A stretch of 64,000 nt of DNA from Gammaproteobacteria bacterium (GTDB lineage Bacteria; Pseudomonadota; Gammaproteobacteria; JAABTG01): assembly GCA_034522055.1 (NCBI GenBank), contig JAXHLS010000006.1:962790-1026789 (forward strand), written 5' to 3'. The position numbers and the translations under genes are program-made. The notes under the pieces were generated by a model. The model was given only the letters and a program-made list of their open reading frames with translations, did no database searches and was not told where the DNA came from. Shown piece by piece: positions 61,801-64,000 of this stretch (position 1 is its first letter; every line of letters begins with the position of its first letter).

Positions 61801-64000
61801 TCACCTCGTACTGATGGCCCTGCTGGCCGTCGCCGTCGGGTGCAACGACCAGGAGGCCCGTAGCGGGCAGGACCTCATCCAGCACGTGCAGGACCTGCAG
61901 ATCTCCGGTCGATTCGAGGAGAGCATGGATCCCCTCCGCGACCTGCTGTTGGACGAACCGGCCCATATCGACGCCCGCCTCATGCTTGCTCGGGCCTACC
62001 TCGAACTCCAGGATGGCGCCACGGCGGATTCCCATATCAGACGGGCAGTGAAGCTGGGGGCGACTCCCGACTCCGTAAGGGCCATGCGGGTGCATGCCCT
62101 GGTTCTGAAGAAGGCCTATGGCGAGGCCATCGCGCTGTTGAGGCCGGGTGATACCGAGAACGGGGACATCAATCTGCTTTTGCCCGCAGCCCAGGCCCAC
62201 CTGGGGCACCGCCAGCTGGTTCAGGCGCGGGCTCTGTTCCGGATAGTACTGCAGGCCGGCTCCCATGATGCCGCGGCCCACACCGGGCTGTTCGAGATCG
62301 CCATGATCGAGGGTGATTACGAGGCTGCCGAGACCCAACTGGCGGCTCTGGCGAAGAACCTGGATTCCACACGTCATCTCGAGGGCCGAATCGCCCTTGC
62401 CCGCAATCAACCGCAGCGGGCTGCCGAGGCCTACCAACGACTGATTGCCCGCAACCCCGCGGATACCACCGCCTCCGTAGGCCTGGTTCAGGCCAGACTG
62501 GCTCTGGGAGAACAGGCGGCGGCCCGCAGGGTCCTCGAGCAACTGCTCGCGGACGATCCGGAATCTGCCGATGCCCACTATCTGCTGGCCGTTGCCGAAT
62601 ATCTCGACGGCAACACCAAGGCGTCCCTCGACCAGGTGCGGGAAACCCTGAGCCATGCCCCCCACTATGGACCCGCGCTGCGTCTGTTCGGGATGCTCAA
62701 CCTGAGGCTCGGCTACTCCGAACAGGCGGTAGAGGCCCTCAAACGTTATCTGTCCGGCGCGCAGGAGGACCTGGAGACCCGCAAACTGTTGGTGGCGGTG
62801 CTGCTACAGTTGAAACATACCTACGAGGCGGATGACCTGCTTCGCGAGGTCAGCGAACTCAGGGATGACCCCACCCTGGTTACCCTGAGAGGCCTCAGCC
62901 ATCTGCAACATGGCGACTACGTGACCGCCATCGAATTGCTCAAACAGGTCGCCGCCGTCCATGCGGAACCGGACGCGCCAGCGGCGGTGGCCGGCGATCT
63001 GTATGCCGAGGCCGGTATCACCGCCGACCCTTGGAGACCGGACGCGGCCGCGGCATTGATATCGGAACGGACCGGTCTGGAAGGCACGGAGCGCCTGTCG
63101 CAACTCATAACCATCGATAGCGGGCTCACAGGCGATGAAGAAACCGGGTTGGTCCTGCGGCTGGTCGAAGATCACGAGGCGACGAAAGACTATCTGGCCC
63201 TCGCCAAACACGCGGCCGAACAGGGCGATTTGGTAGAGGCCTGCGCCCTCTACGCGCGGATGCTGACCCGCGCCGAACATGACGAGGCACGGCAGCGCTT
63301 CCGTGCCCTCGAATGCGAGGAGAAATACGGCAGCATCGAGACGCAACAGGCCCGGGCACCCGGCGATACCCGCTTTGAACCCTCCTCCGGACCCCTCGCC
63401 CCCCCACCACAGAAGGCACAGATGAGCCGCCTCGTTCATCGATTGCGGGCATCCCTGGATAAAGTGCCCGCTGCAGGGTCCGAGGAAACGCGCCCTCCCG
63501 GCGACACCTCTCCTCCTCGGTCCCGTGCCAACGCGGAACTCCTGGCATCGAGCCTGTCCACCGAACTTCTCGCCCACATGGTCTCCACGCAGATCGCCGT
63601 CGTGGGTCACACCGCGCTATCCGGTGTCCAATCGACCTACCCTTTACATCTCATCCCGCCGGACCTGAAGGAACAACTCAAGGAAATGCGCGACCGCCTG
63701 CCGACCTGGGTCCGTGCCCTCGATGACGGTCCCGAGGGCACTGCCGCCGGTCCTTCGGGTGGCGATCCCGCCGCTGGCGGCGGCTCCCAATTCGTCGCCG
63801 ATACGATCACCACGATCACACCGGAATCAGGAGAGACCACGGGAGGGTTCCGTTGGCTGGTGGCCGTTTTCGATGGCGGCAGCGAACTCATCGGCTGGCT
63901 GGGAGACACCATGCGTAATAACGAGGCCCTACTGTTCATCTTCGCCATCCCCGTGATACTCGCCCTGTTTCTACGCGATGTGCTCGGCAATCGCCGGCGC
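61718..64000 (+). CDS. TPR-repeat lipoprotein (5'-partial in window; continues past 64000), C-terminal TM segment
   Basis: Continuous plus-strand reading frame from the stop at 61607 to the window end; it is not in the ORF track. Lipobox-like LLAVAVGC, helical Ala/Leu-rich TPR-like repeats (AHYLLAVAEYLDGNTKASLDQV, ALRLFGMLNLRLGYSEQAVEAL), and GC3-rich codon usage. The start is ambiguous between ATG 61718, ATG 61724 and ATG 61814. Confidence 0.6.
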   Translation, partial: MGMAPIAWVAVCSRVSGGGHRLRRRAATHLVLMALLAVAVGCNDQEARSGQDLIQHVQDLQISGRFEESMDPLRDLLLDEPAHIDARLMLARAYLELQDGATADSHIRRAVKLGATPDSVRAMRVHALVLKKAYGEAIALLRPGDTENGDINLLLPAAQAHLGHRQLVQARALFRIVLQAGSHDAAAHTGLFEIAMIEGDYEAAETQLAALAKNLDSTRHLEGRIALARNQPQRAAEAYQRLIARNPADTTASVGLVQARLALGEQAAARRVLEQLLADDPESADAHYLLAVAEYLDGNTKASLDQVRETLSHAPHYGPALRLFGMLNLRLGYSEQAVEALKRYLSGAQEDLETRKLLVAVLLQLKHTYEADDLLREVSELRDDPTLVTLRGLSHLQHGDYVTAIELLKQVAAVHAEPDAPAAVAGDLYAEAGITADPWRPDAAAALISERTGLEGTERLSQLITIDSGLTGDEETGLVLRLVEDHEATKDYLALAKHAAEQGDLVEACALYARMLTRAEHDEARQRFRALECEEKYGSIETQQARAPGDTRFEPSSGPLAPPPQKAQMSRLVHRLRASLDKVPAAGSEETRPPGDTSPPRSRANAELLASSLSTELLAHMVSTQIAVVGHTALSGVQSTYPLHLIPPDLKEQLKEMRDRLPTWVRALDDGPEGTAAGPSGGDPAAGGGSQFVADTITTITPESGETTGGFRWLVAVFDGGSELIGWLGDTMRNNEALLFIFAIPVILALFLRDVLGNRRR

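Noticed and set aside
61781-63610. Minus-strand ORFs 61781..62665 and 62804..63610 over the right end
   Set aside because: These are antisense shadows of the long plus-strand TPR lipoprotein frame. Their translations are Gly/Arg/Pro-rich without motifs.

Overview
This 64-kb window is high-GC (~65%) and looks like gammaproteobacterial chromosome with Pseudomonas/Chromatiales-like synteny. All calls rest on reading the ORF translations and the nucleotide text only. The core content is a FleQ/FleSR-type flagellar regulon on the minus strand (fliK, fliJ, fliI, fliH, fliG, fliF, fliE, fleR, fleS, fleQ). Other housekeeping genes are methionine salvage plus a ubiquinone/hopanoid-precursor operon (mtnA; mtaD-ubiG-gph-hpnC-hpnD-hpnE-SDR), ligA, cls, maeB, a MenC-like enzyme and gspG-gspE-gspF of a type II secretion system. 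Two large TPR lipoproteins (one PrsT-like) flank an insertion hotspot. The window is heavily colonised by repeats and mobile DNA. (a) A 1906-bp IS4/IS5-superfamily insertion sequence with an 8-bp TSD splits a SWIM-zinc-finger SNF2 helicase gene that lies next to an Uma2 endonuclease gene. (b) A compact 3401-bp TniA/TniB (Mu/Tn7-type) transposable unit with 5-bp TSD TACAG and TGT-type terminal inverted repeats is inserted exactly at the centre of a REP palindrome. (c) A REP/BIME family (GATGTCGGGATGAATCCCGACCTACATCCGTGCC) occurs in clusters. (d) A ~300-bp MITE-like dispersed repeat carrying a (GGGAAAT)n microsatellite has three full and two partial copies. (e) A second ~200-bp dispersed repeat carries two conserved stem-loops. 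(f) A palindromic heptamer array (AGTGAAT/ATTCACT) lies upstream of a DUF411/CopG-like gene. (g) A 95-bp tandem duplication lies upstream of fliE. The most system-like novelty candidate is an ECF sigma/anti-sigma pair whose periplasmic sensor domain is DsrE/TusD-like. It sits beside a paralogous secreted DsrE-like protein, a TlpA-like thiol-disulfide oxidoreductase, a NapC/NirT-type pentaheme cytochrome and a porin, which suggests a sulfur/persulfide-responsive envelope signalling module. A REP copy also overlaps the start of a hybrid histidine kinase and supplies an in-frame TAG at codon 2. A long plus-strand TPR lipoprotein ORF at the right edge is absent from the ORF track because it runs off the window. 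No tRNA, rRNA or CRISPR array was seen.
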